Notes: generated from the sequence alone by a model not told the origin. A stretch of 64,000 bases of DNA from Octopus vulgaris (GCA_951406725.2 OX597827.1:6262001-6326000), one strand, 5' to 3'. Counted from the first letter of the stretch, positions 26,256-44,870 are shown. A program made the numbers and translations.

Positions 26256-26978
26256 TATATATATGAATTTCATTTTTCAAATTTCATTAAACTTGTGGTC
26301 TACTGAGATATCCTCATCTTATTGATCTTGGAAGGAAGAAAAGCAGTTACCTTTGGCAGGATTTGAACTCAGAATATAAAGGAACAACCACAAGGTGTTA
26401 CATGTATGAAACTACCGATTTTTTGACACTACTCACCCTTCACGTACACATGCAACTCTCGGGGTTTGCATTCTATTATTTTATATTTATTTGTTATATA
26501 CTTCTTCTTTGAATGAAAATTCCTCTTTTCCTCAAATATTTCCTTCACCCCCCCCCCCCATCCCCAGCCCCCTAATCTTGACATTTTTCATCTTTATAGA
26601 TTATCCACTCCCAGTTTGTGAGTCAGATTTGTTGGCTGTTGTTGTTGTTGATAGCAATAGCATTGTTGCTGTTGTTGTTGTTGTTGTTGTTGTCGTGATG
26701 CCATTGATGCTCATTAAGAAGATTATCAATCCCTGCAACAGAAAGATTTACCTTTCATCTTTCCAAGAACGGCATCCGCACAAACAATGTGGGAAAGTAG
26801 GTGTGTAAATATCATGGCTGACCCTCTATCTCCTCTGTTGAATAAATAGATAAACACACAGTTTCACAACATCTATATACACACACACACATGTATATAT
26901 CTATACCTACATCTATATATATATGTATGCATATATATATATATATATCTCTATCTACATCTATATATATGTGTATGC

Positions 26979-27019
<41 letters not shown>

Positions 27020-27175
27020 TGCATATACCTTAGTCTTGATGTGAATTTAAGCTCTGTGATGGCTGTTTTGTAACAGCTTAAGATAAGGTTGAAAGATATT
27101 TGACCAGTTTCATTGTTGCTTGCTTCATCAAGGTAAAACTAGTTGAAGTGGAGCTGTGTCAGTGGCCAGTTTACA

Positions 27176-27297
27176 GATCATCATCATCGTCATCATCATC
27201 ATCGTCATCATCGTCATCATCATCATCATCCTCATCGTCATCATCATCATCATCATCATCGTCATCATCATCGTCATCATCATCATCATCGTCATCG

Positions 27298-27335
<38 letters not shown>

Positions 27336-27392
27336 GTCATCATCATCATCGTCATCGTCATCGTCATCATCATCATCATCATCATCATCATC
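27176..27392. repeat. (CAT/CGT)n microsatellite
   Basis: Long imperfect CAT run; source of the poly-His/Ser/Ile ORFs. Confidence 0.95.
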
Positions 27393-27781
27393 GTTTAAGG
27401 TCCACTCTTCCAGGTTTGCATGGGTTAGAGAGAATTCATTTATACAAACTTTCTATGGTTAGGGTAACATTTCCCAACAGGCACATATGGTTTTTTTTCA
27501 CCCAAAACTGGAAACAAACAACACTGCATGCATGATGGTGATGCTTGTTTACAATTATCACATGATGTCAAGACAAGTTCACACACACACACACGTGTGT
27601 GTGTGTGTGGTAAAAGTGTTTGCTTCCCAACCACATGGTTCTGGATTCACTCCCACTTTGGGCTGACCAAATCCTTGTGGGTTTTTTCTAATTTATATAT
27701 ATATATTATATTTTGTGAAATTTGATTTAGTATTTCTAAATTTGGATTTTTCCCTGTAAGTTTGGAATAATATTCCCTCAT

Positions 27782-27833
<52 letters not shown>

Positions 27834-27836
<3 letters not shown>

Positions 27837-28582
27837 TTTATTTCGTAATGAGATAAAAAACCAAGGCTGTGTAGATTTTAGAACACTTGTACATAGGTCT
27901 TACAACTGTTTCCAGGATATTTATTAATTACTTCCCTTCATCGGAGACGGTGTGAGAGGATGGTTAAGTAATAATTAATTTAGCTAGGATACAAAATAGA
28001 GAGTGAGATGGAGTAAATAAAAGAAAATAGATGTGAGATATGTAGGGATATTGCATTTGTAAATCCATTTTGTTTTTAGGCGGAATGGTATGCATATAAT
28101 ATTCCAATACCTTATGAGTAAAATCCAATAGAATTTAAAATTGGTCTTTCCAAGTATAGAGTTTATACACAGTGTTATTGAATCAAGGGTTGTGAATGAA
28201 TCCAGAGTTGGTCACTTTAATCACAACCCTGGATTCAATAACACTGTGTATAAGCTCTACACTTGGAATGACCAATTTAAAATTCTATTGGATTTTACTC
28301 ATAAGGTATTGGAATATTATATGTATACCATTCTGCCTAAAAATAAAATGGATCTACAAATGCAATACCCTTGCATATCTCACATCTATTTTCTTTTATT
28401 TCCTCCACCTCACTCTCTATTTTATATCTTATCTAAATTAACTATTTCTTAACGATCCTCTCACACCGTCTCCGATGAAGGGATATAATAAATATCCTGG
28501 AAACAGCTGTGAGACCTTCTATCTATAAAAGTTCTAAAATCTACACATCCTTGGGTTTTTTATCTCATTATGAAATAAAATT
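27834..28582. mobile_element. Large foldback element (~365 bp arms), probably two inverted Penelope-like 3' ends, with a hammerhead in each arm
   Basis: 27834-28200 is the reverse complement of 28215-28582. HHR motifs lie at 28468-28515 (+) and 27897-27948 (-). Confidence 0.8.
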
Positions 28583-28589
28583 TTCATAA

Positions 28590-29510
28590 ACACATGTGGT
28601 TTTGCCTTATCATGGAGCAGAACTGGGCCATGTGGATTCACCAATGCAAGTCTCATTTTTTGCAAGTGAGCACGCATTTCAGCAAGTTGATTGCAGTAAA
28701 ACCTCTGCTGCAATGCTCTGATTGGCTTCCAAAAAGCTGTAATGGACAACACCAATTGCAGACCACCAGACAGTCACCATAATCTTTTACTGATGCAACT
28801 TTGGCTTCAGGAAATGCTTGGATCAAGCCATTGACCTGATTGTTTACGGTTATCATAAAGGATCCACTTTTTGTCACAAGTGACTCTTCAGTCAAGAAAA
28901 GGATCATTGGTATTTCACAGAAAGCGCATCAAGCACACTTCAAAATGCCAAACGTTTTGATTTTCATTGAGCTCATGTGGTACCCATTTACCAAGCTTTT
29001 TCACCTTACCAATCTTCTGCAGATTGTGTGAGACCATTGCGATACTGACATCAAGTGCCTGAGACATTTCTCTGACACTTTGACATGGGATTTGTTCAAC
29101 AATTGCTTTCAATTTTTCATTGAAAAGATTGCACAACTGGCCTCTACTTTCATCTTCAAGGCTGTCATCACCACTATGGGATTTCTGAAACCACCTTCGC
29201 ACTGTGCGATCACTTGTGGACCCCTCTCCTCATGCTCTGTAGATTTTGGCAGCAGTCTCAGGGGCATTGTGCCCAAGCTTGAACTCATGCAAGAAAAGTA
29301 AGCAAAGGTCCTTTTTTGTCATGTTCATAATTAAGGGCACCTATGCTTCAAGAATGTTTTCCGTCTGAAGTAAGGAGAAAATTATTAAAGGGCATACACC
29401 AATCATTAAGTATGTTGAAATTCACCTAAAATATAATCAAAATACTCTGATAAAATTGTGTTTCAAAACACAACACTTGGAGCAGCCATTGTTTTCGGAA
29501 CAACGTAATA
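28590..29510 (-). pseudogene. Mariner transposase pseudogene, 3' truncated
   Basis: Frameshifted ORFs contain KKLGKWVPHELNENQ (WVPHEL motif) and VLLHDKAKPH (HDNARPH motif). A TIR-like end lies near 29490-29510. Confidence 0.88.
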
Positions 29511-29774
29511 GAAGACACCTTGGCACAGGTGGCTGATAAAGCAGTCTGCTTGTTCAGGAAAGGTGAAGCCATTATATCACAGGAGACGAAGAATTGGTAA
29601 AAAGATAAAAAGCAGTTGCATTTAGTGTTGAACTGACGAGCAAAAGTTTACTAATAAAATCAAATGATTTTCTTTTTGGGGACCACTGATATTACTACTA
29701 CTACTACCACAACCATGAGGATGACGACAATGACGATAACAATCACTACCACCACCACCACAAGCTTCTGCTGA

Positions 29775-29841
<67 letters not shown>

Positions 29842-29869
29842 ACTGCTACTACTACTACTAATTCTGCTG

Positions 29870-29901
<32 letters not shown>

Positions 29902-30023
29902 GCTACTGCTACTGCTACTACTACTACTACTACTACTACTACTCTTGCTGCTGCTGCTGATGCTACTACTACTATTACTACTACTACTACTACTACTACT
30001 ATTACTACTACTACTACTACTTT

Positions 30024-30089
<66 letters not shown>

Positions 30090-30126
30090 AGCTGCTACTA
30101 CTACTACTACTGCTTCTGCTGCTGCT
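29775..30126. repeat. (CTA/CTG)n compound microsatellite
   Basis: Directly visible trinucleotide runs. Confidence 0.95.
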
Positions 30127-30207
30127 ATGAGATGGCACTGCTATGTTCATGAATGCTCAGAGAACTGTCTGCTGTTTTACTATTGTTTGTCTATTACTCC
30201 TACTACC

Positions 30208-30268
<61 letters not shown>

Positions 30269-30555
30269 TGCACACATACACATAAACACACTTTTATATC
30301 TCTTTTACTGTCTCTCTCCATCTCTGTTTCTATTTTTCTTTTCTGAGTTCATAGAGAAAGAATGAGTAGACGGAGAGAGAGGGGAAGAAAGAGAGAGGGA
30401 GAGAGAAGGGGAGAAAGAGAGAGAGAGACAGAGACAGAGACAAACTGATAAAGAAAGGGAGAGAAAGAAGTAAATGGTTCAATATGAAAGTAGCAGAAGT
30501 AGAAAAGTGTCTGTGGAGTTCAGTTCATGTGTGTGTGTGTGCCTGCATGTCAACA

Positions 30556-30610
<55 letters not shown>

Positions 30611-30744
30611 CAGACAGAGAGTATATCATCATCATCATCACAATCATCATTTAATGTTGAGAGGGAAAAAGAAAGGGAGCAAGAGGTGAGGCTGGGAGGG
30701 AGAAACAGTAAAATTAACGAGAGATTAACAGCAAAAGAGAAAGA

Positions 30745-31150
30745 GGCTGTGTGGTAAGTAGCTTGCTAACCAACCACATGGTTCCGGGTTCAGTCCCACT
30801 GCATGGCATCTTGGGCAAGTGTCTTCTGCTATAGCCCCGGGCCGACCAATGCCTTGTGAGTGGATTTGGTAGACGGAAACTGAAAGAAGCCTGTCGTATA
30901 TATGTATATATATATGTATGTGTGTGTGCATGTATGTTTGTGTTTGTCCCCCTAGCATTGCTTGACAACCAATGGTGGTGTGTTTACGTCCCCGTCACTT
31001 AGCAGTTCGGCAAAAAGAGACCGATAGAATAAGTACTGGGCTTACAAAGAATAAGTCCTGGGGTCGATTTGCTCGACTAAAGGCGGTGCTCCAGCATGGC
31101 CACAGTCAAATGACTGAAACAAGTAAAAGATAAAAGATAAAAGATAAAAG
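30745..31150 (+). mobile_element. SINE family A
   Basis: A/B boxes, body and (TAAAAGA)n tail. Confidence 0.88.
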
Positions 31151-31356
31151 ATATAGGAATGAGATGAGGATGAGAGAGAGAGAGAGAGTAAGGAAAAGGA
31201 TGATGATGGAGAGACACATAATTAGACAGATGGATGCACAAGGAGAAAGTGAGATAGCCAGAGGGATGAATAATTAAAAAGAGAGAAAAGAGAGAGTGAG
31301 TGAAAGAGAAAGTGGGGACAGAGAGAGTGAAGGAAAGAAAGAGAGAGAGATAGAAT

Positions 31357-31970
31357 ATTCTTTTCTACTCTAGGCACAAGGCCCGAAATTTTTTGGGAGG
31401 GGGTCAGTCGATTAGACTGACTCCAGTATGCAACTGGTACTTAATTTTATCGACCCCGAAAGGATGAAAGGCAAAGTCGACCTCGGCGGAATTTGAACTC
31501 AGAACGTAAAGACAGATGAAATACTTATTTCTTTACTACCCACAAGGGGCTAAACACGGAAGGGACAAACAAGGACAGACACACGGATTAAGTCGATTAT
31601 ACCGACCCAGTGCGTAACTGGTACTTATTTAATCGACCCCGAAAGGATGAAAGGCAAAGTTGACCTCGGCGGAATTTGAACTCAGAACGTTGTGACAGAT
31701 GAAATATTGCTCGGCATTTCGCCCAGCGTGCTAATGTTTCTTATTTCTTTATTGCCCACAAGGGGCTAGAGGGGACAAACAAGGATGGACAATGGGATTA
31801 AGTCGATTACATCGACTCCAGTGCATAACTGGTACTTAATTTATCACCCCCAAAAGGATGAAGGGTAAAGTCAGCCTCGGTGGAATTTGAACTCAGAACG
31901 TAACAGCAGACGAAATACTGCTAAAGCATTTCACCCAGCGTGCTAATGTTTCTGCCAGCTCGCTGCCTTG
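31357..31970 (-). mobile_element. SINE family B trimer
   Basis: Three head-to-tail units (31970-31741, 31740-31525, 31524-31357) with two different 3' tails. Confidence 0.85.
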
Positions 31971-32689
31971 AGAGATGGAATATTAGAGACAAAGTATGCA
32001 AGAGAGAAATAAAGAGACAAAGAGGAAATGGAATAAAGGGAGATAATAAAAAGTTAGAGATGAAATGAAGTAAGAAAGAATTGAAAAGAGGATAACACGG
32101 AAGAATGAATGAAGAAATAATAGAATGGAAAGAGGAAGAGAGAAAGAGAGAGAGAGAGAGGAGAGATTAGTCTATGGTGAAAGAGAAAGAGGCTGCAGAA
32201 GATCTATTTGTTTCAGTTGTTAGACCATTCTGGAGCATTGTCATGAAAATTAATCAACTCAATCTTAGGGAGATTTTTAAGTTTGATAATTTTTCTGTTG
32301 ATTTCTTTTTGTCAAACCACAAGGTTACGAGAATTTAAAGAAACTACCACCAATTGTCCAGTTGTGGAAATCAAAGATGTACATGCAGATACATAAACAA
32401 TACAAACATATCAATATATAGAAGTCTATATAAATAAACGCACACACATATCTCAAATTGAGAAAAGGAGATAATCACAAGAATGAAGATTTTCTCCAAA
32501 GTACACATGCCAATAAGGTAAAGGACAGCCTTAGTGTCCAGACATAAGGTATAAATCATGGTTCTATGGCCATCATCAGCATGACAAATGCCTGATCTGC
32601 AGTAGCCAGGGGACTTAGACTTATACAAAAAGGAATTTATAAATGTATAAGTGTATATGTACATGTATACATATATATGCATGGGGTAC

Positions 32690-33200
32690 AACCAGCCCAC
32701 TTGTGTGTACCTTCCCTTCATTGGACACTGCTTGTGAAGACCTGTTGAGACAAGTGAAATCGGAATTGAAATCAAATTTGATGACTGGCATCCGTGCTAG
32801 TGGAGCACTAAGAGCACTATCCGAGCATGATCGTTGCCAGAACAGCTAACTGGCATTTGTGCTGGTGGCACGTAAAAAGCACCATTCGCGCGTGATCATT
32901 GCCAGAGTGGCTAACTGGCACTTGTACTGGTGTGCAGGTGACACGTTAAAAAAAACAAAAAACACAATTTCTGGGACTGTTGCCAGTACCACCTGACTGG
33001 CCCTCGTGCCGGTGGCACGTAAAAGCACCCACTACACTCTCGGAGTGGTTGGTGTTAGGAAGGGCATCAAGCTGTTGAAACTCTGCCAAATCAAGATTGG
33101 AGCCTGGTGCAGCCATCTGGTTTGCCAGTCCTCAGTCAAATCATCCAACCCATCCTAGCATGGAAAGCGGACGTTAAAGGATGACGATGATGATGATGAT
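32690..33200 (+). mobile_element. RTE LINE 3' UTR (family C)
   Basis: Ends catggaaagcggacgttaaaggatgacgatgatgat; homologous to 44560-44870, which directly follows RTE RT coding sequence. Confidence 0.8.
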
Positions 33201-33225
33201 GTATATATGTGTATATATGTAGATC

Positions 33226-33465
33226 ATCATCGTTTAACGTCCGTTCTTCATGCTAGATGGTTCGACTGGGGATCTGGGAAGCCAGAAGGCTGCACCAGGC
33301 TCCAGTCTGATCTGGCAGTGTTTCTACAGCTGGATGACCTTCCTAACGCCAACCACTCCGTGAGTGTAGTGGGTGCTTTTTACGTGCCACCTGCACAGGT
33401 GCCAGACGAGGCTGGCAAACAGCCACGATCGGATTGGTGCTTTCTACGTGCCACTGGCACGGAAG
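33226..33465 (-). mobile_element. RTE LINE 3' end (family C), tail-to-tail with the previous copy
   Basis: Reverse-complement homology to 33010-33200. Confidence 0.8.
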
Positions 33466-34175
33466 CCATATGTGTATATATGTACATATGTGTATGTGTA
33501 TAAATATATATATTGTATGATAGTAGTTTTTGCCTTTGTTGAACCAACCTTCTTCACATTTTTTCCCCTTGTTACTGTCCAGCATTCTTGTTCTTTAAAA
33601 TAGATATAACAATTAAAGAGAGCCTGAAATATAGCTTTAAGATACATCTTATAAATATGCCTCTTCAAGTATCATAATAGCATGAAACTATTAGTAGCTC
33701 TTTTGGTTGTGTACGTAATTGATGTGTGTGTGTGCATATGTATGTATGAATGAATGTATGTATACATGCACACACGCTCGCACACACACACACATAGTAG
33801 GCTTCAGCAAAGTTTCTATGTACCAAATTCATACAGAAATCATTGGTTCACCTGGGGCTATAGTAAAAGACACTTGCTCAAGGTGCTGTGCAATGAAACA
33901 GAACCTGGAGCAGGTGATTGCAAAGTGAAACCATTTATGACATTGCTATACCTGCACCTTTACAACAAAATAAATTATTGAAAGGAAAAAAATGGCACAG
34001 AACGGAATGGTTTATATGAGACTGAGAAAGAAAAAGAATGGCAAAATGAGAAGGAAAAAAAATGAATGAGAGAAAGAAAATGTAGATGTTAAAAAGAATA
34101 AGAAGGAAAGAGCATGAAAGATGGAAAAAAGAACAAAAATGAAGGAAGAAGAAAGAGATTTATGGAGAAATAGAT

Positions 34176-34553
34176 GCAGGAGTGCTAAAAAGCTTGCTTC
34201 CCAACCATATGGTTGCAGGTTCAGTCCCACTGCGTGGCACCTTTGGCTAGTGTCTTCTACTATAGCCTCAGACCAACCAAAGCCTTGTGAGTGGATGTGA
34301 TAGAGGGGAAACTGAAAGAAGCCCATCACACACATGTATATATATATATATGTATTTGTGTGTCTGTGTCTGTCTCCCACTACCACCACCACCACCACCA
34401 TCACTTGACACCAATGTTGGTGTGTTTACGTCCCTGTAACTTAGTGGTTTGGCAAAAATTGACTGATAGAATAAATATTAGGCTTACTAAGAATAAGTCC
34501 TGGGGTCGATTTGTTCGACTAAAGGCGGTGCTCCAGCATGGCCACAATCAAAA
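34176..34553 (+). mobile_element. SINE family A, diverged
   Basis: B box ggttcagtccc, body and tail; the last 33 bp are duplicated at 34724-34756. Confidence 0.8.
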
Positions 34554-39050
<4,497 letters not shown>

Positions 39051-39102
39051 CAGAGCACCACAAAGGTAGATAATTTTATACATACACACATTCATTCTCA
39101 CA

Positions 39103-39171
<69 letters not shown>

Positions 39172-39839
39172 ACAGGCAAACACATACCATATGTATATAT
39201 AAATATATATCTTTGCTGTGCATGGCTGTGCTGAGGCACAAGTAAGGCTGTTTCCAGGTGCAGAGATAACTTTGTGACTCAGAAGTTTGTTTTGCAACAG
39301 TGTGTTTCAGAGTTCAGTCCTACTGCACAGCACCTTGAGCAAGTCTTTTCTACAATAGCTCCAGACCAATTAGTACTTTGTGAGTGAATTTGGTAATATT
39401 AGTGGCACAGTTTTAAAATTTGTAAGACATTCACAAAATTCTCCACCTGAGATTCTTCTGTGAATAGATGCACATGTATGGGTGTATGCATTGACAACCC
39501 AGCCAACACCCCAACTCAACCACAAGTTTACAAACACCAGGAGCTCTCTTAACTCAAAATGCATTTTTGCTTTGTTAGCAACTGACTTGAACTCTCTCAA
39601 GAAAAACTTAAAGTAAACTAAAAAAAAATAAATAAATACATACATGCATGTACATGTAGTTACAAACATACATATACACATACAAACATGAGGTAGCAGG
39701 CTGAAACTTCAAAGTGATTGTCACTCCTCTTCTTGGAAAAGTATAATAGACACGTGCTCCACAAAAAAATATTGTGCATTTCTTCACTTAATTGTTAAAA
39801 TTTTTTTTTTATTATAACTTAACAGAAGCAAACAATACT

Positions 39840-39947
39840 TACGCACACATATACACACACACACATATATACGAATATACAAGTACACGTGTGTGAGTGT
39901 GTCTGTGTGTCTGTGTGTGCGTGTGTGCATGTTTGTGTATACGTGCG

Positions 39948-39988
<41 letters not shown>

Positions 39989-40035
39989 AGAGAGAGAGAG
40001 AGTGATATATATATATATATATTGAGAGAGAGAGA

Positions 40036-40121
<86 letters not shown>

Positions 40122-40375
40122 AATATATTTGCATACGTGCATGTATGTATGTATGTATGTATGTGTATGTATGTATGTATGTATGTATGTATGTATGTAT
40201 GTATGTATGTATGTATGTATGTATGTATGTATGTATGTATGTATGTATGTATGTATGTATGTATGTATGTATGTATGTGTGTATGTGTGTGTGTATGTAT
40301 GTATGTATGTATGTATGTATGTATGTATGTATGTATGTATGTATGTATGTATGTATGTATGTATGTATGTATGTA

Positions 40376-40406
<31 letters not shown>

Positions 40407-41027
40407 GTGTGTATGTGTGTGTGTGTATGTATGTATGTATGTATGTATGTATGTATGTATGTATGTGTGTGTATGTATGTATGTAAGCAATACTGTAAAA
40501 ATACCTTGATGGTTACTATTTCCATGATACATTTTGTGTTCCTTGTTTGTCTCCATTCTTGTAAAAGTTGCAAACACACATAAACAGAAATATGCACCAT
40601 AACACACTCACATGCAAATATTGGGACGCAAACACGCACATACACGCACACACACACACGCATATGTATACATAAATACATAGATGCATAAATGCAAACA
40701 TGACATAGACACTAACATGTATATATGCAGATTTATAGACGCAGACTCAAATACGGACACATAAACAGTTACATAAGCACAAACACAAATACACATATAT
40801 ACATGCACAGACATACACACAGATATGTATGCAGACACACACACACACAAAGATGTGGACACACACATAGGCACAAAGACTCAAACACACATACACACAT
40901 ACACACATACACACACCCACATACACATATAGACATACTCAAACCCAGGTGCAGAGACACAAACACACACATGTATATGCACAGACATACACACAGATAT
41001 ATATGCAGACACACATACAAAGACACA

Positions 41028-41067
<40 letters not shown>

Positions 41068-42000
41068 GACATAGACACAGACACAGACACACACACACAC
41101 AAAAACATAGACACATACACACACACACAAAGATGTGGACACACACATAGACACACACTCACACACACACACAAAGACATAGACACATACACACACACAC
41201 AAAGGTATGGACACACACATAGACACAAAGACTCAAACACACATACACACATACGCACACCCACACACACATACACACACACATACACACACACATACAT
41301 ACACACACATGCATGCAGACAAACACACCCAAAGGAGCAAACACACAGACACACAAACGTGCAGAATCTAATGTACAAGCAGATACACAAACACACATAC
41401 ATACTCAAACCCAGTGGCAGAGACGCAAACACACACACACACACAGACACACACACAAAGACACAGATACAGACACACACACACACACACGCAAAGACAT
41501 GGACACACACAGACACACACTCAAACACACACAAAGCCATAGACACATACACACACACGCAAAGACATGGACACACACAGACATAAAGTACACCTAAATA
41601 AACACACATACACACAAACATGCACTCACATATTTATAAGCATGCACAAAGACACAATGACACATGTGCGCACGTGCATGGAAACACTCACCTATGCAAT
41701 GAAGAACAGGCGCACAAGTACACACGCATACACTCACACACTTGCATACACACAAACCCTCAAACATACACACACAACCACACAACCACATGCGCATACA
41801 CAAACACAGACACACAAGCATACAGACACGAAGGGATGCATATACAAGCGCACAAATATACAAAAAAGTATGCAAGTGCAAATACACACATGCACACACG
41901 CACTCTTTGTCATGCAAATGCACACATAGAAACATATACACTAATATATATATGCACACACATGTACATATAAGGAGCAACATACAAACAGTCACACACT
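39840..42000. repeat. TA / TATG / CA-rich microsatellite field
   Basis: (TA)n 40038-40118, (TATG)n 40140-40485 and a degenerate CA minisatellite 40760-41600. Confidence 0.95.
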
Positions 42001-42098
42001 CATAGCAACAAACAACAAACCTACAAAATAACATGTAAATAAAGAAAAAAACTTATGCACAAACAAATATAGAAACACAATACTGAATTGAAACATGC

Positions 42099-42462
42099 AG
42101 GCATAGGAGTGGCTGTGTGGTAAGTAGCTTGCTTACGAACCACATGATTCCGGTTTCAGTCCCACTGCGTGGCACCTTGGGCAAGTGTCTTCTACAATAG
42201 CCTCGGGCCAACCAAAGCCTTGTAAGTGGATTTGGTAGACGGAAACTGAAAGAAGCCCGTCATATATATGTATATATATATATGTATGTGTGTGTATATG
42301 TTTGTGTGTTTGTGTTTGTTCCCACCAACATCACTTGACAACCAATGCTGGTGTGTTTACGTCCCCGTAACTTAGCGGTTCGGCAAAAGAGACCGATGGA
42401 ATAAGTACTAGGCTTACAAAGAATAAGTCCTGGGGGTTGATTTGCTCGACTAAAGGCGGTGC
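42099..42462 (+). mobile_element. SINE family A, truncated in the tail
   Basis: Full head and body; stops at aaaggcggtgc. Confidence 0.85.
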
Positions 42463-42890
42463 CACATCCAGCAACTGAAACAAGTCAGGCATAAGCAGAC
42501 ATACAAACGCAGCTCCTACAGGGTAACAAAGGATGCATCTAAGCCTGAGGCCTGTGACCTGTCCTGGGTAGCATGGGAAGGACACACAATGTTAAAAAAA
42601 AGTGTCCAAAACGGAGCAAATCTGTGCAATTGGTAACTGAAACAAAACAACCGTAACACGTAAGGAATAGAACCAGTGGAGGATTCCTGATGCTGTCAGC
42701 TTGATATAGTTGAAGGGTTTTCTCAGCAAAGTTCTGAGGCCCCGAACGCTGTAAATTTGGATGAAGAATGGAAAATCCACTATTTCGGTATGGTGCCAGG
42801 AATGGCTGCATAGGTGGGGGTGGGGAAACTCAGAGGTCACCAGCAATCAGAATAGGCTATGGATTGGGTCCTGTAGGGGATGGATACCTC
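42463..42890 (+). mobile_element. LINE (RTE-like) 5' relic with AP-endonuclease N-terminus
   Basis: Frameshifted pieces CAIGN*N, QLDIV, LDEEWKIHYFG and GVG resemble the APE N-terminus. Confidence 0.5.
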
Positions 42891-43574
42891 TGTCTGTCTG
42901 TCTGTCTGTCTGTCTGTATGTATGTATGTATGCATGTATGTGTGCGTGTATGTATGCATATGTGTATGTGTGTATATGTGTGTGTGTGCATTGATAGATA
43001 AAGTGCCAGTCCTGTAGAATGAGTGAGGCTTCTATTCTGACTTATTCTCTCTCACACACACATCTACACACACAAACATACACATTAATAATTACAGAGA
43101 TGCATATGTCTATCTGTATACATCATATACTTATATGTTGTTCAACTGCAGACACCTGTTTTTATATGAAGTAATCTAATTTTCCTCATTAACTCTAAAA
43201 CTTTGCACCTGTTCTTCGTTCTTGAAAGGACTTTCAGAGTTTTTCACCAATTATCTCTTTGTTCTTTTCCTTATTGTTTTTGCAATCATTTATTCTCTAA
43301 CATTTAGGGTGTCATAGATTTTTGTTGTCTCAATATACTTCATCAGTTTCATAGGAAATATAAAGCTATATACTTAATCCAAGATTCAAAGTTGAGTGAT
43401 ACTTTGACTGAAGTGGGTTTGGCACATGTCACTGCAATAATATTGGGTATTATGTCTGTATGTATATTAATAATGAACGTGGTGATAACGATGATAACAA
43501 CAACAACAACAATAATGATGATGATGATGATTTCAAATTTTTGCCCCAAGTGCAGCTTAGAATAAAAAAATAAA

Positions 43575-43825
43575 TGTTCCTTCTCGAGCCATGCCAGGCT
43601 CATAAGGGCTGGTTTCATGGTTTCAGTGGTGTAGAAATTCCCCACCTGGATGGGACGCTAGTCCATTGCAGGATTACTCATTTTTGCCAACTGAGTGGAC
43701 TGGAGCAATGTGAAAATGAAGTGTTTTGTTCAAGAACACAACGCATCACCCGGTCCAGGAATTGAAACCACAACCTTACAATCATGAGTTCAACACCCCA
43801 ACCACTAAGCCATGTGCCTCTACAA
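43575..43825 (-). mobile_element. tRNA-derived SINE (family F tail, CORE-like body) inserted in a family B copy
   Basis: Shares the tail gcccttatgagcctggcatggctcgagaaggaa with 2000-2298; approximate TSD caag(t/g)gcagctt. Confidence 0.75.
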
Positions 43826-44097
43826 GGGCAGCTTGGGAGAAGGGGTTAAGTTGATTACATTGATCCCAGTGCATAAGTGGTTCTTATTTAATCAACCCTG
43901 AAAGGATGAAAAGAAAAGTCAACCTGAGCGGAATTTGAACTCAGAATGTAGTGTTCACATTCTGCCTTCTACTAAAGGTATAAGGCCTGAAATTTTAGGA
44001 GAGGGGACTGGTCAATTACATCGACTTCAGTGTTTCACTGGAACTTAATTTATTGACCACCAAAAGGATGAAAGGCAAAGTCAACCTCAGTGGAATT

Positions 44098-44870
44098 GAC
44101 AGGGTCCCCGATCCCTTATCTGGTGAGTGATGTGGAAACTGGGAATTGACAAATGATTAATAAGAGCTGTGCAGGGATGCCATTAGTAAGGTAAGGGTCG
44201 GCAATGAGTATAGTGAAGAATTCTGGGTAGAAGTAGGGGTTCACCAAGGATCAGCCCTCAGCCCCCTCTTATTTATCATAGTCCTCCAGACAATAACAGA
44301 GGAATTCAAGACAGGTTGCCCCTGGGAGCTCCTCTATGCTGATAACCTTGCTCTCATAGAGGAATCACTACCATAATTTGAGAAGAAATTTCAAGTGTGG
44401 AAGCAAGGTTTAGAATCAAAGGGCCTTAGAGTCAACGTTGGGCCTCACAGAGGCAATGATGAAAGACCGAGACCTCTGGAGATATGCTGCGATTGAGAAG
44501 ACCCAGCAAGTAAAGTGAGATCACAGCTGTAGCCTACACCAGTGTGGCATAACCAGCTCTGAATCATCGGATGACACACTCTGTGTCTGAGGAGACCTAC
44601 TGAGTCAAGTAAAATCAAAATCAAAATCAAAATCAAAAATCAAATCATAATCAAATGGAAATTGTAGTTGTGGCCAACGCCAGTGCTGCTTGACTGGCTC
44701 CCGTGCTGGTGGCATGCAATAAGCACCATTCATGCGTGGGTCATTGCCAGTACCACCTGACTGGCTCCCTGTGCTGGTGGTACATAAAAAGCACCATTAG
44801 AACGTGGTTGATGCCAGTGCCACCTGACTGGCTCCCATGCCGGTGGCATGTAAAAAGCACCCACTACATT
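44098..44870 (+). mobile_element. Internally deleted RTE LINE: RT core, ORF C-terminus and family C 3' UTR
   Basis: 44221-44440 translates FWVEVGVHQGSALSPLLFIIVLQTITEEFKTGCPWELLYADNLALI (QG and YADD motifs). It then jumps to GLTEAMMKDRDLWRYA and the repeat-bearing UTR. Confidence 0.9.

Noticed and set aside
27100-27535. Poly-His/Ser/Met ORFs
   Set aside because: (CAT)n microsatellite open in multiple frames on both strands.
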